Both the position numbers and the translations under genes were made by a program. The notes beneath the pieces were generated by a model. It worked only from the letters and a program-made list of their open reading frames with translations, was not told the DNA's origin and ran no database searches. Source: Octopus bimaculoides (Eukaryota). From it: a stretch of DNA of 64,000 nt. Shown piece after piece: positions 1 through 11,492 of the stretch; positions within the stretch are counted from its first letter, which is position 1, and each line of letters starts with the position of its first letter. The stretch lies in NCBI RefSeq assembly GCF_001194135.2, contig NC_068994.1, forward strand, positions 39,396,963 to 39,460,962, written 5' to 3'.

Positions 1-660
1 GTTAGCCCTTCATAATTTTCGTAACTTCAACCTAACATTTTAAAGACCACAAACAAATCTTCTTCGGTATCCTTACATGTAGACCACTAAACCACATTAA
101 AATAGAATAAGGCACAGTAAGCAAACATATTTTAGTCAAGATTTTCCTAAAACAAGTATTTAAGTCTTTAATCTCTCCTTTTGGGACAACAAAACATTTA
201 TCTAAATGGTTCAAGAAAATCTTTGTGTTCCCATGTCAACTAACCTACAGTAAATGCCAGGACTACACTCCAAAATGTCTCCCAAACTCCAGTAGGGTCA
301 TCAAATTCCTTAATTTGTTCACACACTCCTTTCAATCCAACCTCTATTTCAACATTTCTTCAACTCACAAAACTAGGTAAAATATTAACCACATTGTATG
401 TGCCCACACATATATATTTAAAATATATGACACTCCATTATTAACATTTGGCTTGTCAGTATCTCCATCCCTATTAAATATAGAGTCAGCATCTCCATTT
501 CTTTATTATTTTCACTAATCTATCATCTTCCATCACATCCACGTCTTTCTTTATGAGCTTCACTTCCCACATTCATTTCTTATGTTACTGTTATTTTCCA
601 TCTAAACATGTTAATCTTCTTCATGATTTCTCATTTACTTTTTGAGAATGAAGACTTTTT
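1..660 (-). mobile_element. Heavily decayed LINE (RTE-like) ORF2 fragments
   Basis: Minus strand gives broken peptides such as MEDDRLVKIIKKW, resembling the RTE ORF2 C-terminal region; many stops. Confidence 0.3.
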
Positions 661-816
661 TAGAAAATATTTCCAAAAAAGTCATTATTTGAAAAATATT
701 TTTATCAAGACCTACCTTTAAATTTCAATTTATTTAATCATAACTTTTGTGAAACATTTTAGTATTTTTCTGGAATTTTCAAAACTGTTTTTAATCTAAC
801 AACTTTTGGCATTATG

Positions 817-817
<1 letters not shown>

Positions 818-852
<35 letters not shown>
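818..852. repeat. (ATT)n microsatellite
   Basis: Direct observation. Confidence 0.95.
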
Positions 853-854
<2 letters not shown>

Positions 855-1072
855 GGCAGCAAGCATGTAGAATTGTTAGTATGCCAAGCAAAATGTTTAG
901 TGACATTTTGTCTGTCTGTCTTTGTGTTCTGAGCTCAGATTCCACTAAGGTTGACTTTGCGTTTTCTTTCTGTCAGGGCCCATAAATTAAGTACCAGTTG
1001 GACACTGGAGTCAATATAATCAATTTAACCCCTCCCCTGAAATTGTTAGCCTTGTGCCAAAATTTGAAACCA
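855..1072 (+). mobile_element. tRNA-derived SINE, family A
   Basis: Aligns by eye to the younger copy at 28514-28744 (A-box-like tggcaaaaacgttag, B-box-like gagttcaaattc, body gactttgcctttcatcc). Confidence 0.8.
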
Positions 1073-1252
1073 GCATTATTATTAGCATCGTTTTGGTTTG
1101 GCTCAGGTTTAGTCTTATTCCTGATAGGATTTATGTGCGTAGCGGATTACTACCTGTAAACTTAGGCATCCACAAGTTTCCCACAATCTTTTAAGTGCGT
1201 AGAACCCTTCACATTTCTAATTTCTAATAATAATAATAATAATAATAATAAT

Positions 1253-1463
1253 CCTTTCTACTCTAGGCACAAGGCCCAAAATTTTTGGGGAGGGGCCAGT
1301 CACTTAGATCAACTCCAATACGCAACTGGTAATTAATTTATCCACTCCAAAAAGAAGAAAGGCAAAGTCGACCGTGGTGGAATTTGAACTCAGAATGTAA
1401 AGCCAGACAAAATACTGCTAAACATTTCACCCGGTGTGCTAATGATTCTGCCAGCTCACTGCC
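1253..1463 (-). mobile_element. tRNA-derived SINE, family A
   Basis: Reverse complement of family A (ggcaaagtcgacc...gaatttgaactcagaa...ctgccagctc), flanked by (AAT)n. Confidence 0.85.
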
Positions 1464-1489
1464 TTAATAATAATAATAATGATAATCAT

Positions 1490-1550
1490 AAGCAAAGATA
1501 TAGACAAATGGTTGAAGGAGACTGAAATAGAATGCCCGGTAGAGCTCCTA
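1490..1550 (+). mobile_element. Possible R4/Dong LINE 3' fragment
   Basis: Encodes KDIDKWLKETEIECPVELL directly after a (TAA)n tract, resembling the C-terminal region of R4/Dong ORFs. Confidence 0.35.
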
Positions 1551-1623
1551 CTGAAATTAGAAATTAATGATATATTATATTAAAAATTATTAACATCATT
1601 GTAATGTCCCTTTATCCATTATC

Positions 1624-1828
1624 CTTGAGTTGGCAAAATCATTAGCACATCATACAAAATGCTTAACAGCATTTCATTCATCTTTACATTTTGAGATCAA
1701 ATTCGACCAATGTCAGCTTTGCCTTTCATCCTTTCTGGGTTGATATTATAAGTACCGGTCAAATACTGGTACCATGCAATCTACAATCCCCGTCTCCTAC
1801 AAAATTTAAGGCTTGTGCCTATAATACA
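1624..1828 (+). mobile_element. tRNA-derived SINE, family A (diverged)
   Basis: gagttggcaaaatcattagc...gatcaaattc...ctttgcctttcatcctttctggg. Confidence 0.75.
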
Positions 1829-2052
1829 AAGGACTACGGCTACTACTACTAATTTGAGCATATTTATATTTTTACATTTATCTTTCTTCATTTCCTTGCA
1901 TTTTTATTCCCTCATTCATATTTTTAAATTAGTTTTCATTCTTCTTATCCATATTATATATTCCTTCACAGAATTTAAATTTATTGCTTTTTTCATTTTT
2001 ATATTTATTTTTATTTACCATTTTTATTTGTGCACAGTATTTACTCATATAG

Positions 2053-2158
2053 CATGCAGACCCAATTTTAGGCTATGATATCCTTGAAAAACATCTCACA
2101 TGTATAACAAACATTGACTTTTCTCCAGTATCATGGTGTGTGGAAAAAGGAGATTTTA
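2053..2158 (+). CDS. Candidate exon of unidentified gene (HADPILGYDILEKHLTCITNIDFSPVSWCVEKGDF), phase 0 to 1
   Basis: Acceptor tttactcatatAG, donor a|GTTAGT, open frame; phase-compatible with 2963-3013. No homology recognised. Confidence 0.3.
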
Positions 2159-2962
2159 GTTAGTTTTATATAGAATATATGAAAACGTTCATATATCCTA
2201 AACAAAAAAAAAAACACAAATTGAATTGTGACCTTTGAACTTTACTAGTGTAAGCTGTAAATCTTCATCTGTTGTAAAGACGCGATTGTAAAATTAGAAA
2301 ATCAGTCCTATTGATATAGCTATTCAATTTTGTTAATAGAAAACTGTGTCATTTTTAATTGACTTGGAATTAAATAACAGCAAAAACAACAATGATGAAA
2401 CCAGTAAGTGAGCTCAAAATTAAAAGAATCTACATGAAAAATTATAAACAATCAACCTGAACAAGAAACTCTACTTTTAAATATTGAAACCTGTTACATA
2501 TGAAACTGGATAAATAGCAACAGTAAGTAATGTTTACATTCTGAAAGTTTTAAAAATAGCATCATGCAAATAAAAGACCCCTTTTAATAATGTAACTCTG
2601 GGATGTTCTTTGATGCTAGTGCATATCGTTTGCACAAACAAAGTTCTTGAAAGCTTGATAAATATCATGTTTTTTCCTTTTTGAGGAATGTGACTTGAAA
2701 ATTTCTTCATGTGAGAAAATTCAATGCATAGAAATACACAGTGGGGAACAGCCACAATATGAATTGACTCATCAGACTACAAATTAAGAAAAAAATTTGT
2801 GATCAAATTTTATGTGGTTCTTTACATTTGTGAATGTAGTTTGTATTTTGTAAGTAACTGTATTCCTTAGAAGTGACATAGATTTTATTACAGAAATAAT
2901 ATTTACTTTTTTGTCTTTTTTGTGAGAATAGTCTTTTACCAACCAGCCAACTCATTTTTCAG

Positions 2963-3013
2963 TTGCTTTACTTTGGCCATTCTCAAACCACTTAGGATAT
3001 GATATTTACCAAT
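2963..3013 (+). CDS. Candidate exon (ALLWPFSNHLGYDIYQ), phase 1 to 1
   Basis: Acceptor ctcatttttcAG, donor t|GTAATC; bridges 2053-2158 and 4021-4101 in frame. Confidence 0.3.
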
Positions 3014-3454
3014 GTAATCTTTGTGATAGTTTGAAAATGGCATTCTGCTTTATATATTGCAATTCTTAGCATGTTCAACAACACTGTGGTATATCATGCA
3101 AACACACTTTTCTTTAAAACTTGTGGAAAATGTAATCATCTGCTCATTCCACCAGATAAACATAGCTATGAGTCTATCTCTTTGATATTATTATGACCTT
3201 AGATACATGAAAATATACCGCTTGTACACCACAAACATGGCTACACAACTGTATCTTTCTTATGACACTTTCAGTAATAAGATAGTCTGAGGGCAGCAGT
3301 GAAGTTTCCATGCACTGCAATATCACAAACGTTTGTTGTTTTATAATTTACTGAATACAGAGTAAAATTTTTTCAATCTTACTGTACCATGTGATTTACT
3401 TTCATATCATCAAATATTTTGAATAATTTATCTTTTGTCTTATTTGTTTTAATT

Positions 3455-3841
3455 ATTAGAGTATGGTCATACTGGGGCACTACCTTAAAGAATTTTTAGC
3501 TGAATGAGTCAACCCCAGTAGTTACTTTTTTTTTAAAGCCTGGTACTTATTTTATTGATATCTTTTGCTGAAGTATTAAGTTATAAGAATGTAAACACAC
3601 CAACACTGGTTGTTGAGTGGTGGGGGAGGACAACCACAGACACAAGAAACACACACATGCATACATACATACAAACATGCACATGCACACACACACATGA
3701 AAGGCTTCTTTCAGTTTCCATCTGCTAAATCTTCTCACAAGGCTGTAGTAGAAGACACTTGCTCAAGGTGCCATACAGTGGGATTGAACCCAGAAACATG
3801 TGGTTGGAAAGTAAGCCGCTTACCACACAGCTACACCTGCA
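3455..3841 (-). mobile_element. tRNA-derived SINE, family B
   Basis: Reverse complement of gcaggtgtagctgtgtggtaagcgg...gggttcaatccc...gcaagtgtcttctacta...gaaactgaaagaagcc, with internal (CA)n. Confidence 0.85.
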
Positions 3842-4020
3842 TCTATTTCAGAAGAAAGTTTAAGTGTTGCCATTTTAGATGCGTTTGTAAGACAGCAAAT
3901 CTTTGGTAGAACTGCCAGTAATATATTTGACAAAATTTTAACATATTAAAAAAAAATTTATATCCAACTTAGTCATTTTTAGGTAATATATTTAACTTTT
4001 ACTCTCTTAAACTTCTGTAG

Positions 4021-4101
4021 GTTTGTTTGGTGATCATGAAAGGTTTTCTTTTTTGACCCACAACTACAGCCAGCTTACTTGCCATAGAGAATATTTTTGT
4101 G
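4021..4101 (+). CDS. Candidate exon (LFGDHERFSFLTHNYSQLTCHREYFC), phase 1 to 1
   Basis: Long pyrimidine tract tttaacttttactctcttaaacttctgtAG, donor g|GTAATT, 81 nt, only one open frame. Confidence 0.45.
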
Positions 4102-4593
4102 GTAATTTTAATTTTTTAGTTTGTGCTTATGTTATTTAATAAGTGAGGTATGAATGTATCAGATTGTTTACAATATTTTCAGTTTTTATTATTCGTTTTA
4201 GTTTAAAAAAGGAATGTGTGGTTGTAGGGAAACAGTTGCTATTTCTAGCAGGTTGAGTAACTGCATAAAAGTTCCACTCTAAGGCAGAATAATAGTTATT
4301 TAATTAATGTTTTTAAGAGTTCTCTTTTTCTTTTTTTTTTTTTTAGAAGTAAAATAAGTCAAATTATTCATGCAAAATTAGAGCTGTCCTTTAAGTTTCA
4401 AAAATTTAACTTTCCTTTTAGTCTCTCAAATAAATGATATAATAATACTCTATCAATAAGAATTTTAAACATGTTATATCAAATAACAATTCTAAAGAAT
4501 GAAGAATTTTTGGTCACTGCATGATGACTGTAATTTACAACAAATAAAAACAATTTGATGAAACTAAACAATAAATTCAAAAAATAAATAAGC

Positions 4594-4925
4594 AAGCACA
4601 GAGGTGGCTGTGTAGTTAGAAGTTTGCTTTCCAACCACATGGTTACATGTTCAGTCCAAGTGCCTTCCACTAAAGCCCCAGGCCACCCAAATCCGTGTAA
4701 ATGGCTTTGGTTGATGGAAACTGAAAGAATCCCATTGTATACATATATATGTATATATCTGTGTGTCTTTGTTTGTCCCCTCCCCTCGCTGGATAAATGG
4801 TGTTGGGTTGTTTATATCCCCATAACTTAGCAGTTCAGCAAAAGGGGTTGACTTGTTCAGCTAAGCTCTTCAAGATGGTACCCCCACATGGCCACATTCC
4901 AATGACTGAAACAAGTAAAAGATAA
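4594..4925 (+). mobile_element. tRNA-derived SINE, family B
   Basis: gtggctgtgtagttagaag...gttcagtcc...ggaaactgaaagaa...gactgaaacaagtaaaa. Confidence 0.85.
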
Positions 4926-4979
4926 AATGAATTATAGAACTTGCTATTGCCAAATAATAATCAGTTTTTTAAAAACTAC

Positions 4980-5400
4980 TTAATCACCACTATGTTCATA
5001 TATGTCATTGTACCGTCTCCAGTAAAATTCCATCAAGTAACTATAGAAAAGTTCTTGAGATATATTATTCATCAGGTTCAATTTTTTTATGGCATAAGAC
5101 CAAAATGACTCCATACTTCGTATATGTGCATGAAGGTTAGCAGGATTGATGAAATTTTTACTGTGGTTCTCTCTATTATAAAAGCACCAATTGTCAGTGC
5201 ATACTATTGATCCACTAGCAAATATCGAGCAGTGGGTTCTTCAAAGAAAAATTTCTTTATGTTTCCTTGAACTATATCCTTAAATACCCTCTGGCCATCT
5301 CTTTAATGGACTTTTGCATACTTTCTGTTGAAATTCTTCATATTTCTATATTTCCACCATAAGAGATTCATTTGTATCTGGACTGATTCCACCAATATGC
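4980..5400 (-). mobile_element. Merlin (ISXO2/IS1595-like) transposase remnant
   Basis: Minus strand encodes IGGISPDTNESLMVEI and GSIVCTDNWCFYNRENHSKNFINPANLHAHIRSMESFWSYAIKKL...YSYLMEFYWRR, matching Merlin motifs (GS.I.TD.W, NHS.NFVDP, HT..IES.W, YL.EF.WR). Confidence 0.75.
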
Positions 5401-5669
5401 ATTGGATTGTTTTGAAATTAATGACACGTCTATTATGAAACAAAAACCAAACTATAACTGCTCAGGTTTTGTTTATTTTGCACTCTTTAGCAATTTTTAT
5501 TGAATAAGTATCAGTGTTTTGAAAATACATCACATCAAGCAATTGTTTTAACAATAGGTAGCATCACAAATAGATAAACAAATAAATAAAGATAAAAAGA
5601 TAAAGTGGAAAGGAAAGGTAAAAATAATATTCTTTAGTGACCATTTCACAATATTAATGATACTGCCAT

Positions 5670-6050
5670 TGCGAAGACCTGTTGGGGCAAGCAAAAGTGA
5701 AATCGTCATGGCACCTGTGCCCAGCGTCGCCTTCCTGGCAGTTGTGCCAGTGCCACATGTAAAAACATTTGAGCGAGATCATTGCCAGTGCCGCTGGACT
5801 GGCTCCTGTGCAGGTGGCATGTAAAATACACCATTTTGAGTGTGGCCATTGCCAGTACTGCCTGACTGGCCTTCGTGCCGGTGGCACTTAAAAGCACCCA
5901 CTACACTCTTGGAGTGATTGGCGTTAGGAAGGGCATCCAGCTGTAGAAACTCTGCCAAATCAGATTTGGTGTAGCCATCTGGTTCACCAGTCCTCAGTCA
6001 AATCGTCCAACCCATGCTAGCATGGAAAGCGGACGTTAAACGATGATGAT
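5670..6050 (+). mobile_element. RTE LINE 3' end/UTR with internal subrepeats
   Basis: Same sequence family as the tails of the RT-bearing fragments at 15318-16075 and 24295-25030; ends in (GAT)n. Confidence 0.8.
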
Positions 6051-6383
6051 AATGATAGTATGTATATTTTGTCAATTTGCACTTAGTTTCATATATCTCA
6101 CAAACCATTTCATTTAAGCCCTTTCCTAACCATCATTACTAATATGTGCAAAATATCAGGTGGTTCATCACAGACTTTATGTTGGATGTAAGCATCACCA
6201 TTTGTTGTGTCATACTGTTTACAAATAACCCTACAAGTAGAAAGGCTAATATCTGTAGCTGTATGAAAAGAGGAATAAAATCTCCAGGGATAATCAACCT
6301 ATGTAATATTACAAATCCTTCTGTTATATACAGGGATTAGTAAAAGTAAATAAAGACAAGAATAATAACTAGTTGTTCTAGAT

Positions 6384-6664
6384 CAGTGGATCCCAAAGGG
6401 GACAGTATTGTCCCCTTGGGGGTAGTGGAAAGATACAGGGGGCGTTGAAGAAAAGTGGGATGATAATGGCATAGCCAAAATGGAGTGATAGGTGTGAAAA
6501 AAATATTAATAGGTTAATTATGTTTAAGCTTTATTTGTGAAATACAGTTGTTTTGAATTTGCTGCAGAAAGTGGTCTATATTTGTGGTAGTGGGGTGAGG
6601 GGGCGCTAGGAATGTGGACTAGATGCCAAGGGAACAGCAGCCAGAAAATGTTTGGGAACTACTG
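6384..6664. mobile_element. hAT (Charlie-type) MITE
   Basis: Termini cagtggatcccaaa / tttgggaactactg; perfect 8-bp TSD ttctagat at 6376-6383 and 6665-6672. Confidence 0.9.
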
Positions 6665-7292
6665 TTCTAGATGAATTGAAAACTAAAGATCACTCAGTTT
6701 GAGAGTTAAAGGCTGTGGGAACACCTGAAAATGTGAGAGATGGAAACTACTGGTGGAAAGTGTTTAAGTCAAGTGAAAACACCTTTAGCAAAAGTGTAAA
6801 TGGTATATTTCACAATAATGTCACTCAAATTTGTACACCAACTAGACAACATCATCGTCATTTAATGCCCACTTTTCCATGCTTGCATGGGTCCAATGGA
6901 ATTTGTTGAGGCAGATTTTTCAACAGCCTGTCACCATCCCATGTCTGTTTCTAGGCAAGGTAATATTTCTCCATGGACAAGCATGCTTTTCATCCTTTGT
7001 ATTTTATAGTGTTTAGTTGATTTAGTTTGCTTATTAAGAAGAAAAGATCAGTGTGAGTTGGAGTGAATTAAGGTGGTCACACTTAGATTAATATACATAG
7101 AAGCATTGAATTTCATGAGATTGGTTAGGTTCATATACTTTGAGGAGAGCAGAATTATTTTTGGCTACAATCTTTCACCCATAGATACTCTATACTGAAA
7201 CGTGATGATTGGGCACCTTTGTGTGAACAATTTGACAATTTGGCATGGCTGACTTGACATTGGGCTTTTTCTGGAGACAGTACTTTTTGGTA

Positions 7293-7300
7293 ATAGAGGT

Positions 7301-7330
<30 letters not shown>
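7293..7330. repeat. (CA)n microsatellite
   Basis: Direct observation. Confidence 0.95.
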
Positions 7331-7355
<25 letters not shown>

Positions 7356-8484
7356 TGCATGCATTCTTGAACACAGAAACAAACAGAAATATGTGTATTG
7401 AGACAGAAAGAGTGAGAAAGATAGAGAGAGAGAGACATTACAGTTTAATAATTGAACACAATTGACATAAACACTTTCAATCTCCTCATAAAGATAAACA
7501 TGCTCACATAGATAAACCATAAAAATAGAGAAAAAGAGAGTGGGAAGCATGATAGAAAACATTAAAATGTCTAATGTCAAATAATTCAGCATTGAATCAA
7601 CAATGCCAAACAGGTGGCACCAAAACAACTGTGCCAAAAAGTTTCATACCCATTCTATATTAATCACTTGAAATTTAGATACCTGAAATAAGACCCAACA
7701 CACATAGTTCACTAAAAGTGGAGGTAAAAACGATAAGGACAATGATGATAGTAGTGGTGGTGATGGTGGTGGCAGCAGCAATTTTGGCTATGCTGACAAT
7801 GACAATAATGATATACCAAAGTGTTCATGATAGCAATGAATTGCTTCAACTTTTTCACTTTATACAAACCAAATTTACATAGAATAACTATATCTTTTTT
7901 TAATATATTGACCAATCTTTCTATTGTCTACAAATTGTGTATGACTGTTAATTATTGATTTATATCTTTACACTAAAATCGATTATATTAATTAATTTAT
8001 TAATTTTGTGGGATTTTGTGTCATTATACAATTTTGATATCTACTATCAATTTTTCTGTCATGTTTCATAATGTACTGCAATTCCATCTTATTGTAAATG
8101 CATGCCTGATCGACTGGTGGATTAATTTGATGCCTGTGTGTTTAATATAACAGTTAGAAGAATGAAATTAACAGCTTTTATGTTTGAAATTAAAATGTTA
8201 TATCGCACTGGTTATTTGAAATAATTTTGTCATCTATTATTGATAATTAAGTTACTATTATTTATGTCTTCATTATGAAATTTCTACTATTAGTTTTATC
8301 ATTAGAATTAATATATTTAGTATTCTGTTTTATCAGCTCTTAAAAGACAAATTTATCAAACCTATATCCAATATTCAATTAAATTAGTTCAAGCACATAT
8401 TGCCTATTAGCTGCGTGTTGCTACATTTTCTCTGAAATGTTGCATCTGTTACTGTATTATATTATAAGAATAACTATCATTTAG

Positions 8485-8543
8485 ATTTATCTCCATTATG
8501 GTTATTTCTTGGAACAGTGAAGAATTTAAAAGAGAACTGAAAG
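8485..8543 (+). CDS. Candidate exon (FISIMVISWNSEEFKRELK), phase 2 to 1; alternative acceptor gives 8518-8543
   Basis: Strong donor aag|GTTAGT; two in-frame acceptors. Confidence 0.3.
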
Positions 8544-8721
8544 GTTAGTCCCCTCCCCACTAAATATTGTTCTTATGTTTTAGAGAAAATGAGTGGCTGG
8601 TTGTAAAGAGACTGAAATGACAGAGAGCTGGATTAAATAGAGTATATAGTTTCAACAAATGTACATTGTAAATTCCAATCCTGCTAGGCTCCATAAAATA
8701 TTCACCAGGTATATACACAGT

Positions 8722-8880
8722 TGTGAAACTGTGTGGTCTAATGGCTATGGCATAGAGCTTTTAATTGTTAGGTCATGAGTTCAATTGTTGAACTGGGCTG
8801 CACATTGTATTCTTGAGCAAGTCACTTTGTTACACATAACTCCAATACAGTCAGCTGCAAATGAGTACCAGTGGCACCTG
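8722..8880 (+). mobile_element. tRNA-headed SINE, third family (diverged)
   Basis: gtggtctaatggct...gagttcaatt followed by ttcttgagcaagtcactt core; related copy near 51165-51320. Confidence 0.65.
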
Positions 8881-10079
8881 GAAATTAGCCTTGCAATAGA
8901 ATTGTTCCCATTCTGCTAGTAGACTTATACTCTTAGCCTAAATTCCTTTAAGATCTGAATAAGCTCTGATGTCATGAACCTGTAGGCTTGAAATAGTTAT
9001 ACTGAGTTTATTTTTATTGATTTATTTATTATATACCACACTTAGCATTATTGGTTACAACTTTCCAACAGGCTAAATCTCTATAACTCTTTTCCTACAC
9101 AACTGTGGCCTTCTGCCAATGTGAGAAATAATAAAATATGGAACCTACCAGTAGGATCCAAGGAAACAAGTTATAGTCTGCATACATAATTAGTGAGCAT
9201 AAACAGTTTTAAAGTGGTGTAAATTAGTTTGTCATGAGAAAGAAGGAAAAGTCTAATATTTGAGCTTTAGAAGAATTAAGTAATTTACTAAATTTCAAAT
9301 AACAGGAGAAAATTTAGGTATCTGGTGCTTTGCTGTTATGAAAACAATTTTCTACTCATCTAAACTGCAAGCTGCAAATTGTATATGTAATATAATTTTG
9401 TACAGCTGTAAGACAATTATACGAAATGATACAAATAGTTGTTTGCAGAAAAATATGCAACTGTGTTGGTGTGTGTGCATGCATCTGTGTATATGTGTAT
9501 GTGTGTGTGTGTGTGTGTTAGTATGTGTATATGTGTGTGTTTGTGTGTGAGTTTGTGTTTGTTTGTGTTTGTGTGTGTGTGCATGCATTCATGTGTGTGT
9601 GAACATAGAAATTCATGGAATGCACCAGCAAGGTTCTTTGGCGTAGTCCAAAACTCTATTGTCAATTCTACAGAAATCATTATCAACAACGTGTATAAGA
9701 AATAAATTTATCACAATTAACTTGACGACTCTTCATACTACATTACCTTACAAATATCTAATTTGTGTTTTGCTTGAAATAATTGGATTGGCATTCAGCA
9801 GTAAAAAAAAAAGTAATATAAAACAAACCACTAAATAAGTAAATAAATAGATAAATAAATAAGCCATTCAGATGTAATACAGCATTCAGAATATTGAAAA
9901 TATTTGGCATTACAGCATTTGGCAAAACATTTGCAGAAAAAAATTAAGTAACCAAAGTAATTTTCACATTGGAAATTATGCTGTCTATTGCATTAAAAGA
10001 GTTGTCAACTTCATTCCATCAGTTATAAAAGAGTGATCCCTTTTACACTGATGTAAGGAATTCATAGGTAATACAATTT

Positions 10080-10232
10080 GACTGTGGTTGTATGGTAAGA
10101 AGTTTGCTTCCCAACCACTTGGTTTTGGGTTCAGTCTCATTGCATAGCACCGTGGGTGAGTGCTTTCTTTGATAGTCCTGGGCTGACCAAAGTCTTGTGA
10201 GTGGACTTGGTTAATGGGAACTGAGAGAAATC
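10080..10232 (-). mobile_element. SINE family B, 5' part
   Basis: Reverse complement of the family B head. Confidence 0.75.
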
Positions 10233-10236
10233 CATG

Positions 10237-10282
<46 letters not shown>

Positions 10283-10401
10283 GTATATAGGGAGACAATC
10301 GTTTGCACTTAACCCTACTCCTTTGTCCATGCATTCAACAACTAGCCACGTGGTCTTTTCTTCCTCCATTTTGAAGAGAGGTTATAGGCCACTGGCCTTT
10401 A

Positions 10402-10459
10402 GGGTCTGAAGAGATGCTGTGAAGCTAAGTGCTTTATGGACGTGAAACCCAGATAACCC
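10402..10459 (+). ncRNA. Type-I hammerhead-like motif (degenerate)
   Basis: gggt-CTGAAGA-[extended hairpin ctgtgaagc/gctttatgg]-GAAAC-ccag-ATA-accc; 4-bp stem I; 15.2/16.2 pair mismatched. Confidence 0.55.
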
Positions 10460-10530
10460 AACAGACTAACCATAGCTATCTTTATCTAATTATATACGTG
10501 TGTGTGTGCGTGTATACACATATATACATA

Positions 10531-10730
10531 CTTTATTATTAAAGCTGCAAAAGCATCACAAAATTATCACAAGAAAATGTTACTCAGAGTTTTACATTGT
10601 CATTCATTGAGTAGTAATGCTCAAGAATGGAATAAAAAATTTTATATTCCATTCTTGATCACAACTGCCTGATGAATGGGAATATGAAACTGATATATTT
10701 TGTGATGTTCTTGCAGCTTTAATAATAAAG
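10531..10730. mobile_element. Fold-back element with a partial hammerhead core, Penelope-like remnant
   Basis: 33-bp inverted termini (31/33), inner 14-bp inverted repeat 10621-10634/10645-10658, CTGATGA-atgggaatat-GAAAC at 10669-10690. Confidence 0.6.
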
Positions 10731-10814
10731 CCTATTACTCTACCCCCAGTATCCAAGTACTATTTTTTTACCACCCTGTTTCACATTTATGTGCTTACTC
10801 AGGTATATATATAT

Positions 10815-10967
10815 NNNNNNNNNNNNNNNNNNNNNNNNNNNNNNNNNNNNNNNNNNNNNNNNNNNNNNNNNNNNNNNNNNNNNNNNNNNNNNNNNNNNNN
10901 NNNNNNNNNNNNNNNNNNNNNNNNNNNNNNNNNNNNNNNNNNNNNNNNNNNNNNNNNNNNNNNNNNN
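10815..10967. other. Assembly gap (N run); others at 12957-13226, 14462-14503, 17063-17072, 22567-22989, 25666-25945, 37418-37427, 43245-43573, 62734-62791
   Basis: N runs, nearly all flanked by (TA)n or (AAT)n. Confidence 0.98.
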
Positions 10968-11191
10968 AAAAAAAAAAAAAAAAGAACTGTGGTCAATTTG
11001 TTTGACTAAACCCTACAAGCTTGTCTCCAGCATGGTTGCAGACCAATGTCTGCTAAAGTTTAAGGATTTCTAGAGAAGAGACTTAGAAGTTAGTGAATAT
11101 AATTCCACTTTGTTAAATTAGTTGAATCTGCATGGAGTTGTGTTTTCAATGATGAAAATAGCTCCTACTTACTATAACACTATAAATATAG

Positions 11192-11256
11192 AAGTAAACT
11201 CTGTGGGGATCACCTTGCTATGCACAAACCCTACATTACTTTTAAGGATGACAAAG
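11192..11256 (+). CDS. Candidate exon (SKLCGDHLAMHKPYITFKDDK), phase 2 to 1
   Basis: Strong donor aag|GTAATT, weak acceptor; joins in frame to 12569-12635. Confidence 0.4.
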
Positions 11257-11448
11257 GTAATTTCCTATCCTATCCAGTCCTGAATACAGATTAATCAACC
11301 AATTCCAAAACGAATTGGGAATTGTTAGGTTAGCAAGTGTATTTTCAATGCAATTAACTCTAAAATCATGAAACTAGAACAATGGGACTGCAGCACTGAA
11401 TATACATACATACATACATACATATATTTTTATTGATCTTTCTATCAC

Positions 11449-11492
11449 AGAACAGTACATTATATATATATATATATATAATGTACTGTTCT
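11449..11492. repeat. Perfect 44-bp palindrome centred on (TA)10
   Basis: agaacagtacat-(TA)10-atgtactgttct. Confidence 0.9.

Noticed and set aside
2534-2776. 80-codon minus-strand frame behind a strong acceptor
   Set aside because: No recognisable homology, no convincing partner exon, and it conflicts with the + strand candidates.
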